Positions 1 through 12,980 of a stretch of 64,000 nucleotides of DNA are shown piece after piece; within the stretch, counting starts at the first letter, position 1; every line of letters starts with the position of its first letter. The stretch lies in assembly GCA_951406725.2 (NCBI GenBank), contig OX597830.1, positions 72,788,001 through 72,852,000 on the forward strand, in the 5' to 3' direction. Position numbers and translations under genes: made by a program. The DNA comes from Octopus vulgaris. Lineage: Eukaryota. A model generated the notes under the pieces. The model had not been told where the DNA came from. It did no database searches and saw only the letters and a program-made list of their open reading frames with translations.

Positions 1-250
1 AAACATATACACACACATACATACACACATATGCACACACACATACATACACACACACACACATATATATATATATATGCATATATACGACAGGCTTCTT
101 TCAGTTTCCATCTTCCAAATCCACTCAGAAGGCTTTGGTCGGCCCGACGCTATAGTAGAAGACACTTGCCCAAGGTGCCACGCAGTGGGACTGAACCCGG
201 AACAATATGGTTCGTAAGCAAGCTACTTACCACACTGCTACTCCTACGTC
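1..250 (-). mobile_element. SINE family A, 5' half (tRNA-like head + CORE-like segment) running into its internal microsatellite at the window edge
   Basis: Reverse complement reads ...gtgtggtaagtagcttgctt...ccgggttcagtcccactgcgtggcaccttgggcaagtgtcttctactatagc...ggaaactgaaagaagcctgtcg, matching the copies at 12568 and 55956. Confidence 0.9.
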
Positions 251-824
251 TTCTGCATGTTATTTTTTTATATTTTATATGCTGCTGGTCCAATCCTGAT
301 ATAGGCAATACTTTTTACAGACATTGAGACAGAACTAGAATTACAATAGCTGTAAAATTAAATTCCTTTCCAAAATGATTGAATTGCAAATTTTATAAAT
401 TATTAAAAAACAAATTATATAAAATGCCAATCAGGAACTCGAAAGAAAAGAGGGTAACGCCCTTAAATTAACAGTAGATTAATTGGATAGCATTGGTTGT
501 AAAATAATAAAACAAATAGGTGTTGTAGAACTAATGTGAAAAGTAGTCTGGTGACGATCATGTTTTCAGAACACTCCTTGAGTAAACAGAATTTAGGATT
601 TAGGACTTAGAATTTAGGATTTAGATGCCTTTAGTCACGATGACAAACCTAGTATCGGAGGACCAGCTTGGAGGTACCTTGCGACGGTACTTGGCGCCTC
701 CCTTCCCCGTTCTTCACAGTCGTTGCTGCTTCCAAACATGATGAACATGTGAAGTGTGATACAAAAATGACCAGAAAAGCAACAACAATAAATACAAGTA
801 TGTCTTAATTGTACAAATAACAAA

Positions 825-1010
825 TTGTCGAAATGCTTAGTTGCATTTCGTCAGTCTTTACATTCTGAGATCAAATTCTGTTGTTGTCGATTTTGCCTTT
901 CGTCCCTCTTGGGGTAGATAATATAAGTAGCAGTTAAGTACTAGGATTGCTGTTAAAGTCTTCTCCCTCCCCAAAATTGCTGGCCTCGTTCCAAAATTTT
1001 GATGCCAATA
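825..1010 (+). mobile_element. SINE family B, degenerate copy with type-2 tail
   Basis: gaaatgcttag...ttctgagatcaaattc...gtcgattttgcctttcgtccct...ggggtagataatataagtagcag...ccctccccaaaattgctggcct; diverged match to B copies. Confidence 0.7.
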
Positions 1011-2848
1011 TTATAAAAACTGTTTTGAACATGTTTTTGTTGCATCCAGATTCTACGTATACAATTATTTTTAAAATCATTTAAATGAAATGAGAAATTT
1101 CTTTTTTCATATTATTTATTTGATATTTGGAAATGATAATTTTTTTATGTCAATTACATTAATTAATGAAATTTTATTTGCTTTCATATCTGTTTGAACA
1201 TAATGTCGCTATTTGATATTTTGAAAAATTAACTATGCTTGAATAAATCGTTATTTGTTTTTGATATAATGTAGAAATTTTGTTTAAACGAAAAGTACAT
1301 CTATTTAATATATGTAGATTATTTGATCAAAGCATATAATTGGCAGAACATTCTTATAACAATTTTGAATATACTATTTTAAATTCATTTTTTTCTTTCT
1401 TATTGACACTATTTATTTTTTCGGCAATTACCCGTTTGTCTCAAGTACAAATCATTAACACATACAAGGACTATTATATTTTCATGACAAAATATAGAAC
1501 AAATGATGATGGCTAACAAAAGAAAAAAATGCCCTCTTTGGAATCTAGACAAGCGGAGGATCTAGCACTTATATATTAATGTTAAATCGAAACTTCCTTT
1601 TTTATATATTTTTACAAAAATATATAATTGATCAACCTCAAATTTGACAACATTTTTGTTTCATAAGTCGTTTTATAGAAACCAGTTCTGATGCGGTGCC
1701 ACGTAGATTTCTCCCACCTAGATATTTTAAGAAAAGCTTAGCTCTATGTTGTTTGGTTTCCCACAATATCAGAGAATTTCTAGTTTAAAACGAATGTAGG
1801 AACTACTCTCATTAAACTTTCATTAATTTTTTACCCCAATTTTTCAATCTACTGCTCAAATTTCAATAAATATTACTGAAATGGATTCTTCAGTTGAAGA
1901 TCTTTCGCTAAAGCTTTTATTATACGGATTTAGAAAAAAAACAACATATTAATAATATGACGACGTAAAGTCAATATCGCACATTGCTCTGTTTCCGATT
2001 CGACCAATTTTTACCTCATAAATTATTATATTCCGCGCCTCGTTGAGCTTTAGTAACAGAAATAGAATATTCTTGAAATATATTATTAAACTGTAATTAA
2101 AGCAAAAACAGTAAAGAAAGCCACACTGGTTAGACATTGTATCTCTTCTTTAATCTCATATATTTTTGCGTATGTTTCATCGTTGCAAGTTTCCATGGCA
2201 AATTTCTTAATCTATCTGAAACTGTAACAGTAACAGAGCAGAGGTCTATATTAGTCTATTTAATTGCATCTAATTTGGCCAAGCATTGGATTAGCTAGAC
2301 AGCATAGAATTGTGTGTAAAAAGGAAATGATGACCTTAAGAGTAATAGGTATATGCTACCGTAGGGGACTGATATGTGTAGGCATAATTATGCATGTGTA
2401 TATTCGTGTGTATGTCACTGGGTGTGTATACGTGTGTATGTGTTCATGTGTATGTATGTGTGTGGGCGTGTGTGCAACGAAGAATCACACAAAATAAATT
2501 ATCTACCAAAATTTTTCTAGAGTTCAATATGCAACCCCACAAAAACCAAAAAAAAAACCCTCTAATTTTCATGAACGTATCGGTCTTAGATTACAAACAC
2601 ATGTGTTCGATGTGGGTTTATAATACGGTAGAATAAGAACCTGCCTTAATCAGCTTCGATTGCGGAGAAAAGTCATTTGTGGAAACATTCTTTAATATCC
2701 TTGGAACATTCCCTTATCCATCTTCTGTTCATATGGCATACTTGTGATTCACGCTTTTACTTATTGTTTTCCGGTTTACATCGCTGTTAGCCAGATTCAA
2801 ATTAATTAGTCGCTTAGATCTCCGTGTGTGTATGTGTGTGTGTGTAAA

Positions 2849-2950
2849 GGCGCTTGGCTCAGTGGTTAGAAAGCCGGGCTCGCAATCACGAAGTAATGAG
2901 TTCAATCACTGGACCGGGTTGTGTGTTGTGTTGTTGAGCAAGAAACTGTA
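2849..2950 (+). mobile_element. SINE family C, tRNA-like head only
   Basis: tggctcagtggttag (A-box-like) and gagttcaatcac (B-box-like), then gtgttgtgttgttgagcaagaaac as in the copies at 32761 and 57143. Confidence 0.7.
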
Positions 2951-4139
2951 GAAATACCTCCGAGCAGAGCGATAGGAACTCCGTATCAAAGCTTGTCTTA
3001 CTCGTTCCATATTTTCCGGGATCCGTACCGTTCGTGGCTCCCTCACCGGTCACCCGCTGGTCTCCTATTAAAAGCAATCAGTGTATTAAATTCTAACAAC
3101 TGCGTATTAGTACTTTTAATTTTAAGCGATCGCAGTGGCGTGTAACTCGAATCTCGAGATTCTCAGCTTCAATCACAATGAAAAAAAAAAATCCTTATCG
3201 TTTAAATCATGTATTGAACACTCGATTATCCCTCTTTCGACATTAGGTAACACACATATCTATATACGTGTGTGTGTGTGTGTGTGTGTGTACATTAGAC
3301 ATGCGTTGGCACACATCAATGCACACACAAAGTCACACACATCTCAACGCTCGGTGTGGTCTGATATGAAACACACAATATGCCATTTAAATCTTATTGG
3401 AATGCTTTCCATTTTTAGTTCATACATACATTACTTCCATTTTTATTCTGTCTTCCTCCTCCCCCCTGTTTCATCTTATCTGTTCCCTCTCCTCCCATTT
3501 TCACCTCTTTTCGTCTAGTGCATTTTTTACACTTTCATTTCCACAACTTTTCTGCCATTCTTTAGGAATGCTTTAAGCAATACCCATTGATACCTTCTCA
3601 TTTTTCCCCCTTTTCACTTCCTTTCGCTCCTCGGTATTCCCTACCGCAACACATTCTACACGCTGTTCTCATATATATCCACCTTTCTCCACTCTTACCT
3701 GCCTTACTTCCTAATATATACAGATTCCTCACCCCTGTCCTCTTATCCGACCACTTCCAACTCCCTGGCTGTCCTACTGTCACCAACTGTTACTCCCCAT
3801 TTTTCTCCCTCCTCACGATTGCCATTATTTCAGTACCACCCACTCCCAACACGTTTCACTGCCACCTATCCAACGGTCTGACATCCGGTGTGGTCCGACA
3901 TGCATAACGTGCAGCCACCCCTATGTCAGCCGGAAGCGGGTGGTTTATGTGAATTTATGACTACAAGCTGGGTGATCATGATGCAAGGAACGATGTGTTT
4001 TTCGTTTACCTCTAAGAATGCTTCTCTGATTGTAATTATATCTGATTTAGCTGGAGAGGAAAGAGCATACAAAATATATACATCACTCTTTCTATGTATT
4101 TACATAGAGGCCTAAAATTGCGCATGCATGTCCTGAAGA

Positions 4140-4141
<2 letters not shown>

Positions 4142-4188
<47 letters not shown>

Positions 4189-4241
4189 TGTATACATACA
4201 TAAGTATATGCATATATACATATATAATTATACATACGTAC

Positions 4242-4300
<59 letters not shown>

Positions 4301-4434
4301 TAATGTGTGTATATATGTGCTGTATTTTTCTATCTGACAATCAGTCTGTCTATTTACATGCACATACACACACACACACATATATATATATATATGTATG
4401 TATATATATATAAGTATATATATATGTATATAAG

Positions 4435-4468
<34 letters not shown>

Positions 4469-4479
4469 TATATGTGCAT

Positions 4480-4539
<60 letters not shown>
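4142..4539. repeat. Compound (TA)n/(CA)n microsatellite block
   Basis: Directly visible dinucleotide runs; source of the poly-IY/TH ORFs. Confidence 0.95.
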
Positions 4540-4542
<3 letters not shown>

Positions 4543-5407
4543 CCTGTATTGTTTCTTATATGTTTCTGGCCTTCTTCTAAAATCAAATATTTTAGAACTC
4601 CACCAAAGCTACACACTCATTCATCTTGTATTGTATTAAATTACATTCGGATGTACCCTAATGGCATTGTATTGATCCCCATCAGTTATCAATGACAATT
4701 TCAGTGCAGTACGCTCAATGATTTCGTTGCCATATTTGATCACCCGGCCAATACGAAATCCTGCAGGCGTTACTTTTGTCCTGCAGGAAATCTTTAGTCG
4801 TGCAAATTGCTGCGCACACATCAGTGGTAGACCTATCAAAAACTTTATACAACAGGCTCTGTAATAAACTCTTAATATTGTATCAGTTATTTGGTCTTTG
4901 GTTAGTTGATTTTGATTTTGCCGTTAGTATGTGTCGTGGTATTCCAGTAAGCATTTCCGCGTATTATCTTCCGTTTATCATTATTTCACTATTTTGATTC
5001 AAGCTTCTGATTCCCAAGATATATTTCTTCAACGTATCTCAACCAGCAAGAAGAAATTCGTATCGCTATGGACAGAAGTGATATCGGCAAAGTTTCCGCT
5101 CTATACCAATCGTCCTTTTAAGCTTCACGTTTTTCCTGTTGGCCCATACATAAAGGCCTGTCTTCGTGGTTGTTTTGTGCGCGAGCACACACATGTGTTT
5201 GTAAGAGGGAGAAACAGAGTGAATGAGAATTATAGAGAGAGGTATTTGTGTAGAATAGGTGATCAGTTTACTATAAGTCTCTACCTAATATTCCCACCGT
5301 GCAATTCTCTGCACAGTACTCTGTATTCGTCTACCTGTTCTGTCTGTCATTACTGTCAATAGCATTTCCTTCCATCCATCCACTTTATACTAGATGTAAA
5401 ACTTAAC

Positions 5408-5414
5408 TATCTAC

Positions 5415-5487
<73 letters not shown>

Positions 5488-5504
5488 ATCTACCTACCTA
5501 CCTT

Positions 5505-5573
<69 letters not shown>

Positions 5574-5583
5574 ATCTATCTCA

Positions 5584-5634
<51 letters not shown>

Positions 5635-5648
5635 TATATATATATATA
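5408..5648. repeat. (TATC)n-(TC)n-(CA)n-(TA)n compound microsatellite
   Basis: Directly visible. Confidence 0.95.
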
Positions 5649-5882
5649 AATGTAGGATTCGTTAGAGTCCATAGATTTGAAACGGATAATGGGCTTGCAG
5701 CACTCAGTTGCCGGTACGTGTCTGTATGTTGCAAATATTCATATACATACACACACACACACATATATATATATATACATTTTTACCCCCCCATGGGAAC
5801 GTCATCCACTATAAATTATAGATCCAACAGCGAGATGGTTCCAAGTATGGCTTTGTATAAAAGAAGAACAAAAACGTGTTTA

Positions 5883-5980
5883 AAAATCCCCAACAGCTGT
5901 TTCAACAGCACTTTTATTCGTGAATACTTGGATTACTTCGATTACATAATAACAAAGATCTGATATCATCAGGTGATTTT
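5883..5980 (-). ncRNA. Hammerhead-ribozyme-like motif (type I, long stem II insert), probable Penelope-like terminal repeat relic
   Basis: Minus strand: aaaatcac-CTGATGA-...-GAAAC-AGCT-GTT-ggggatttt. Both core boxes intact, palindromic stem III (ACAGCTGT), imperfect stem I. Confidence 0.5.
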
Positions 5981-6041
5981 AAACTGATAATTATGTAGGA
6001 AGGCAGAGAATTATATTTGACCAGCGTAGCAAGACAAGTGT

Positions 6042-6072
<31 letters not shown>

Positions 6073-6704
6073 CCACGTGTATTTAGGTATATATTATTTT
6101 ATTCTTTTGCCTATATAGGTATATATATTCTTTTATTCCTCGATACCTAGAGGTAGACATGCTGGAATTTAGGACGAAATGTATCTTTCTACGGTTTCTT
6201 TAGAGAATTAATGGCACCACCCTTTCCTCTCGCGACGTGTAGACTAGAGAGAGAGGCTTACTCTCAAAGCAAATGATTGGCCCAAATTCTTGCAACAACG
6301 CGAACTCAGCAAAAGTCTCCCGTGTTGAATATAGTGTGATTTAATTCACTTCCCCCAAAGCTTAGAATCCAAAGAATATTGCCCTAATAAAATATGCCAA
6401 TCTCCCGCACTGGTGCAGTAGCTTACTTTTGGACGTCCAGAACTTTAAAAGGAAATTCTGAACTCGGAACCTTGAAAGCCAGCACAGACACCGCAAGTTA
6501 TTTTGATATACGGTCTAAAGACATTTCGGCGTCTTACGGTAATAGAGAAAATATTAATCCTTCCACAGTTTGATACTTCGATACATCAATCATAAGGCTG
6601 ATGAAGAATTCGTAAGTAACGTAAGTTTACACACCATTGTCAGTTACTTTGGACTTCGGATTTTACGCTAAACTATGCAATTATCAGCAGTTATGATTTA
6701 GTTA

Positions 6705-6850
6705 CAGTCGTGGCCAAAAGTTTGGAGCATACTTCTGAAAATCATAATTTTCATATTAAATGCCCTAAGTTATATTTGAATCGAAATGTACTTGGGCATA
6801 ACAATTTCAATTCTTTAAAAAAATATGTTCCAAACATTTGACCACGATTG
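6705..6850. mobile_element. Tc1-type MITE (146 bp)
   Basis: TA|CAGTCGTGGCCAAAAGTTTGGAGCATA ... TATGTTCCAAACATTTGACCACGATTG|TA: ~27-bp imperfect TIRs with TA target duplication. Confidence 0.9.
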
Positions 6851-6864
6851 TAATTAATTAGTTT

Positions 6865-7055
6865 ATTTATTTATTGCCCAGAGGGGGCTAAATACAGAAG
6901 AGAGAAACAAAGACAGACAAAGAGATTAAGTCGATTACATCGACCCCGAAAGGATGAAAGTCAAAGTCGACCTCGGCGGAATTTGAACTCAGAACGTAAC
7001 GGCAGACGAAATACCGCTAGGCAGCTTGCCCGGCCTGCTAACGATTGTGCCAGTT
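6865..7055 (-). mobile_element. SINE family B with internal deletion, type-1 tail
   Basis: cgaccccgaaaggatgaaagtcaaagtcgacctcggcggaatttgaactcagaacg; the segment between the two cgacccc motifs is deleted. Confidence 0.85.
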
Positions 7056-8244
7056 TTCTACGAATTAGTAACAGATCCTCTGTATCATTGGTCGTAGCTT
7101 CCAGAAATATCAGTCAAATATCATTCATTTCAAGCCATACTATCATGAAAAATAGGACACATTGCATAATATAGACCTGGATTCAATCTGTCTAAAATGC
7201 AAAATGGTGGTCACTAGAGAAATGCATTTTATCAGACTCCCTCGTTATGAGATATGACCTTAATTAAAGCAATGGCTTAGAGCCGGGTTGGACTATTAAT
7301 TAATATATTTATAGTTCTCTTATTTTTAAGCCAGTCAGGTTTTTCCTTCTTTAATTGCAAATATTGCTTTAAAAGCTTTCTTTAATATGGCACCAGTCTT
7401 ATCTTTTGTATTACTACGTGACATCCGAGTAGAACTAATTAGATGAAGGGTAAGACTTGATATACAATAATATATCGTCTCTGAACTAATATAGGTCATC
7501 CGCCATAATTGATTAAAGGGAGCCATTATTTCCGCTTTGCTTTCTTTTAATTTAAAGTGATGAAGGCAGCTTCAATATGTGTATGCCTTATATCAAAGAT
7601 TCTAGCTATAAAATAGAACATGTAAGGAATTATAAAAATGGGAATTTTCGCAAAATATCAGAGTAAATAGAATTTTATAGGTATATGTAAGACCAAAGAT
7701 TCCAGCAGTAACACAAGAAAGAAAAGAAAAGAAGACAAAGAAAAGGCAAAATGAAGAAAGAGTTTTACAATAATACAAATTAATTACCATTTTATAGATT
7801 TAAGCGATATCAGAAAATTTTGGAATGAAACAAATAAATAAATAAATAAAAGAGTAAAATCTATGAGAAAAAGTTTTTCAGAAAATTACAGAATGAGTAG
7901 AATTTTATAGATGTCATAATTTTAAAGAAAAAAAAACGAAAATTAAGAGAGAGAAAAACCTAAGACTATTTGCCGTAGTGTATCGTAAATTTCAGTTTTC
8001 TGTCACGAAAACCAAAATCCAAGAAATATCGCTTTAATAATAGTGAAATCTCCATTACGTTCTTTTCTTTATTACCGCTTCCTTCATTTCCCACCCTCTA
8101 AACATAGTCTTCTATACCTACTGATTATGATGATTACTACAAGACAATATGCTCGAATGGAACAAAATGCTGTCGAAAGTGACATTCATACTATACAATA
8201 AACTGATTGGAGCGAAGTTGTAGGTAGGAGAATAATAATAACAA

Positions 8245-8502
8245 TCTTTTCTATTGTAAGCACAAGGCCTGAAATTTGGGGGAGGGGATTAGTCGATTAC
8301 CTCGACCCCAGAATTTTGCTGGTACTTAATTTATCGTCCCTTGAAGGGATAAAAGGCAAAGTCGAACTCGGTGGAATTTGAACTCAGAACGTAGCGGCAA
8401 ACGAAATACCGCTAAGCAATTCGTCCAGCGTGCTAACGACTCTGCCAGCTCACCGCCCCAGTAATGATGATGATGATGATGATAATAATAATAATGATGA
8501 TG

Positions 8503-8562
<60 letters not shown>

Positions 8563-8700
8563 GTTTCAAATTTTGCCACAAGATAAAGTATTTTGTGAAA
8601 AGGTTTAAGTCGATTACATTGACCTCGGTTTTCAACTGGCACTTACTTTATCGACCTCCAAAAGGCGTTCTAACAATTCTGACAGCTCGCCACCTGAATG

Positions 8701-8744
<44 letters not shown>

Positions 8745-9107
8745 TCTTTAATTCTTTGTACTATAAGCACAAATCCTGAAATCTATTTGGGAGAGCGTTA
8801 GTCTATTTCATGGACTCCAGTACTTGACTGGTAGTATTCCAACGACCTGAGAGGGATAATAATAAAATGGCATCATCATCAGCAGCAAGAACATCAACAA
8901 TAACAGCAATAATAATGCTTTCTACTATATATGCACATGACCTGAAATTTGTGGGGAGGAGTATAGTCGATAAAATCGACCCCAGTAGGCAACTGGTCCT
9001 TATTTTATAGGCCCCGAAGGGTTGAAAGGCAAGGTCGACCTCGGCGAACGCCAAGCCTTTAAGGATTTTGTCCGGCCTGATAACGATTCTGCCAGCTCGC
9101 TCGCCTT
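8245..9107 (-). mobile_element. Cluster of four co-oriented SINE-B copies/fragments (about 8245-8457, 8560-8697, 8755-8850, 8915-9107) separated by (AAT)n/(GAT)n tracts
   Basis: Repeated cacaaggcctgaaattt...gtcga...ctggtac...cgacc and ctgccagctc motifs. Confidence 0.85.
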
Positions 9108-9114
9108 AATAAAG

Positions 9115-9124
9115 ATAATGAAGG

Positions 9125-9160
<36 letters not shown>

Positions 9161-9206
9161 CGATGATGACGATGATGATGATGATGATGATAATGACGAT
9201 GATGAC

Positions 9207-9238
<32 letters not shown>

Positions 9239-9345
9239 CGATGATGACGATGATGATGATGATGACGATGATGATGATGATGACGATGATGGCGATGATG
9301 ACGATGATGATGATGATGATTATGATGATGATGATGATGATGATG
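9115..9345. repeat. (GAT/GAC)n trinucleotide microsatellite
   Basis: Directly visible; source of the poly-Met ORF. Confidence 0.95.
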
Positions 9346-9369
9346 AAACTGATTGGGCGTGCCTTGTCA

Positions 9370-9655
9370 GATATGATGATTTAAAGTGAGAAATGTTTTC
9401 ATTGAAATAGGTGTGTTGTTCATGTTGTTGTTGGTACATTGGAAACCACAAGTTCCAAATTCATGAACTGGACTGAAAAAATAGGGGTAAATGTGAAGAT
9501 AAAGCACCTACAGAAAAAAGTGCTGTTTGGAATTTCTCTAATCCATCGCAGAGTTCTCAAAACCTGAAGGAGAAGTATTACCTTAGTTCACTAATTTTGG
9601 ACAACTGACACTTTGTTACATCCCCCCAGGGAAGCTACTGTGTAAAACAATAATG
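9370..9655 (+). mobile_element. 3' end of an R4/Dong-like (restriction-like endonuclease) non-LTR retrotransposon, decayed
   Basis: Translates VVVGTLETTSSKFMNWTEKIGVNVKIKHLQKKVLFGISLIHRRVLKT*, resembling the VIGALG...LQKxxLLGTxxILRKVL C-terminus of RLE-clade elements; short UTR ends in aataat. Confidence 0.7.
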
Positions 9656-10457
9656 GATAATTATAAAAAAATAACAAGAACGACAATATGAACTAAATGT
9701 GTTGAGAATATAAATAAAAATTTTTCAAAAATTAACCAAAACAAAGCAAGAGAAGGAAGCAACTATGAAAGAATAAATGGATAGAAAGAATAAAAACAAG
9801 CTTAAAAGAATAATGGAAAGGAAAGGGGTTAGGAAATTAAAGATAGAAATACGACCATGTAAAGAGAAAATAAAATACACCAGGGAAGTAGAGAGTTAAA
9901 TATACAAATAGAAAATAACATACATAAATAAAGAAACAAGGAAATCGATTATCTATAAAAGAATGACTCAAAGAGCAAAAGGCATTTAAAAATCAGTGAA
10001 AACATTTGCAATAAAATTGTTATTGTAGTTTAAAAATAGTAATGTGAGACGACATTAAAACTGAAATGATTAAAAATAAAGTCATAAAGTAAATGTTTTA
10101 GGGAGTTTGAAATTAATTTATATTAGAATTACTAAAAAGGGAAAATAAAAAATATAAGAAGGTAATCCCTGAAAAAAAAAAACAATTCTAAAAGAACCGT
10201 GGAAATCGATAGAATTGTTATGTGTGTATAATGACTAAAGGAGTGCTGGAATGGAAGTAGAGAAATGTTGAAGGATGTTTGAGTTGGGAGAGATTGAGAG
10301 GAAAATAGTGAGGAAGGATGGATTGGTATAGAGAAAGAAATGAGTAAAAGAAAGAATTAAAGAAAGGAAGGACGAAAGAAGAGGAATAAAGTGAGAAATG
10401 AAACAACGATGACTAAAGGTGGAAAGTAATGGAAGCAGGAAAAATTGAAGGATGACT

Positions 10458-10910
10458 GAGCTGGAAGTTATTGGAAGGAAATGAGGAAGGAACGAAGGAT
10501 AGATATAAAGGAAGGAGGTATCGAAAGAATATGGTAAAAAAAGAATGAAAGCAAAAAGAGAATGAAAGTCGCGAATGAAAGATAGATTGAAAGAAAAGAA
10601 TGGAGCTGGAAGTTATTAGAAGGAAATGAGGAAGGAACGAAGGATAGACATAAAAGAAGGAGGTATCGAAAGAATATAGAGAAAAAGAATGAAAACAAAA
10701 AGAGAATGAAAGTGGCTAATGAAAGATAGACTGAAAGAAAAGAATGAGAAATGGAGCTGGAAGTTATTGGAAGGAAATGAGGAAGGAACGAAGGATAAAC
10801 ATAAAGGAAGGAGGTATCGAAAGAATATAGAAGGAAAAAGAATGAAAGCAAAAAGAGAATGAAAGTGACGAATGAAAGATAGATTGAAAGAGAAGAATGA
10901 GAAATGGAGA
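10458..10910. repeat. Tandem triplication of a 145-151 bp purine-rich unit
   Basis: gagctggaagttattggaaggaaatgaggaaggaacgaaggata... starts at 10458, 10603 and 10754. Confidence 0.95.
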
Positions 10911-11696
10911 GAAGAATATCGAGAAACAGAAATGAATTAATAAAAATGTAAGTGAAAATCAAACAAAAAATGAAGGATAGAAAGAAATTTAAAGAGGCGA
11001 GGAGGAAATAAACGGAGACAGAAAAATGAGAGAACGAGGAAAAGGAAGAATAGAGAAAGAAAGAGAGAGAGGAGGGAGGAAATGAGATATGACACTACAT
11101 TCATAGTTGGAAGGACTGATAGAGATGAAAACAGTATTGAGGAAATGAAACAAAGTAATATTTAATAGAAAAGAAGTTTTAAAAATATCAAAAGGGGAAA
11201 ACCATCGGAAGAAACGAGGAAGAAGATATAGAGAAATGTGAAATAAAAAACAAAATGACGGAAGTAATGTCAGTAAAAATATGATATACAAATGATAAAT
11301 GAAAATGTAATATAAAACATGATAAACACATGAAAAAAATTCAATCTGAGATAAAAGAATAAAAATATAAATAAGATGAGTGGAAGAAGAACAAAAAGAT
11401 GGAGATAAACAAATTGAGAAGATGTAAGAGAAAGGAATGGTAAAAGATGAAGAATGGGTCAAAAAGTGTGCGGATGCCTGAAGGAATTTAAAGAACAGAA
11501 GAAAGATAAGACAAAAATATGGCAGAGATAGTCGGAGATGGACAAATATTGCATTGTGTTGCTGTTGACTATATCATAGACTGTGATATCATAAAAGAAG
11601 ATTTTTGAAGTAAAATTTACAGTATGATCGACGTAAGATTTAAGAGTTTTATAGTTTATACAGATGTACACCTGTAAAAGTACACACTATCGAGGG

Positions 11697-12275
11697 GAGT
11701 GATGATACCTCTTTCCAAGTTCACATTACCAGGATGGCGACAAAGTGCAGACGACTGGCTGGCTGGCTCCTAAGAACATTTAGAACCAGAGATAAGGAAG
11801 CCACGATGGTCCTCTGGTGGACATTCATCTTCAGCCACCTGGACGGGAGAGGTATGCAGTAATATATATCTGTAAGATTCTGGAAGGAATTGTGCCAAAT
11901 TTTGGCATTGTAAGCTACACCAATGACAGAACGAGACGACACTGCATAGTGCCAAAGGTCCTAGCAATGCCATCACGCTTCAGGACCAGTTACTGCAACA
12001 TTCTGGGTTTCAAGGGCCCACAGCATTTTAATATTCTCCCAGAGTCTGAGGAACTTGCACAAAGTAGATGTAGGGCTTTTTAAATCAAAGCTGGACCTCT
12101 TCCTGTCGAGAGACCCAGATGAACCTACCTCACGGCAAGAGGTGCAAATGAGGGTAGCTCTATCAAACTCCATGCTTCACCAAGTGCCACATATTAGAGG
12201 AGGCTCTTAGTAATAACAGTGTAGCAAAACGGCGGTGCTTCAGCATGGCCACAGCTCTGAGCAGAAACTAGAGGA
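11697..12275 (+). mobile_element. CR1-group LINE ORF2 C-terminus + 3' UTR, 5'-truncated, internally deleted and frameshifted
   Basis: SDDTSFQVHITRMATKCRRLAGWLLRTFRTRDKE...SHLD / RERYAVIYICKILEGIVPNFG...GPQHFNILPES...FKSKLDLFLSRDPDEP; stop at 12208-12210; tail ggcggtgcttcagcatggccacagctctgagcagaaac. Confidence 0.85.
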
Positions 12276-12567
12276 AAAAACTAGTTAATATTATTGTATG
12301 AAATACGAGAGATAAACTATAGGACGTAAATCTAAATGATGCACACACTCAGAGACACACACGTGCACGTAAAAACACAAAAATAAATACACACAAATAC
12401 ATATACAAACACAAACACACACGTACACACATTGACCCACCCCCACCCCCACACATAGATGTATTTGTGTGAATCTTGTCCTAATTAAATTGACCCATAT
12501 TATGCACACTGAAAATGTCACATGCAAATAATTTCTTCACTTTCGTTTTCTCTGTATATGTATACAT

Positions 12568-12729
12568 GGGGTATGAATGACTGTGTGGTAAGCAGCTTGC
12601 TTACCAACCACAGGGTTCCGTGTTGAGTCCCACTGCGTGGCACCTTGGGCAAGTGTCTTGTAATATAGCCTCGAGCCGACCAAAGCCTTGTGAGTGGATT
12701 TGTTAGAGAGAAACTGAAAGAAGCCTGTC

Positions 12730-12781
<52 letters not shown>

Positions 12782-12980
12782 ATGTGTTTGTGTGTCTGTG
12801 TTTGACAACAGATGCTGGTGTGTTTACGTCCCCGTACCTTAGCGGTTCGGCAAAAGAGACCGATAGAATAAGTACTAGGCTTATAAAGAATAAGTCCTGG
12901 GGTCGATTTGCTCGACTAAAAGGCAGTGCTCCAGCATGACCACAGTCAAATGACTGAAATAAGTAAAAGAATAAAAGAGT
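12568..12980 (+). mobile_element. SINE family A, full length
   Basis: Head, gtggcaccttgggcaagtg CORE-like block, internal (TA)n(TG)n, 3' module ending cagtcaaatgactgaaataagtaaaagaataaaagag. Confidence 0.95.

Noticed and set aside
590-626. Telomere-like (TTTAGG/TTAG) run
   Set aside because: Only about five degenerate units; not a TTAGGG array
3440-3910. Pyrimidine-rich segment with a 106-aa ORF
   Set aside because: Compositional bias explains the ORF; no recognisable motif; possibly decayed TE but unsupported
4636-5362. Non-repetitive ORFs (67-143 aa) as host exons
   Set aside because: No recognisable domain or consistent splice pattern; cannot be excluded without RNA-seq or BLAST
6598-6625. 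CTGATGA followed by GTAACGTA
   Set aside because: No stem II or stem I pairing and the GAAA box is absent
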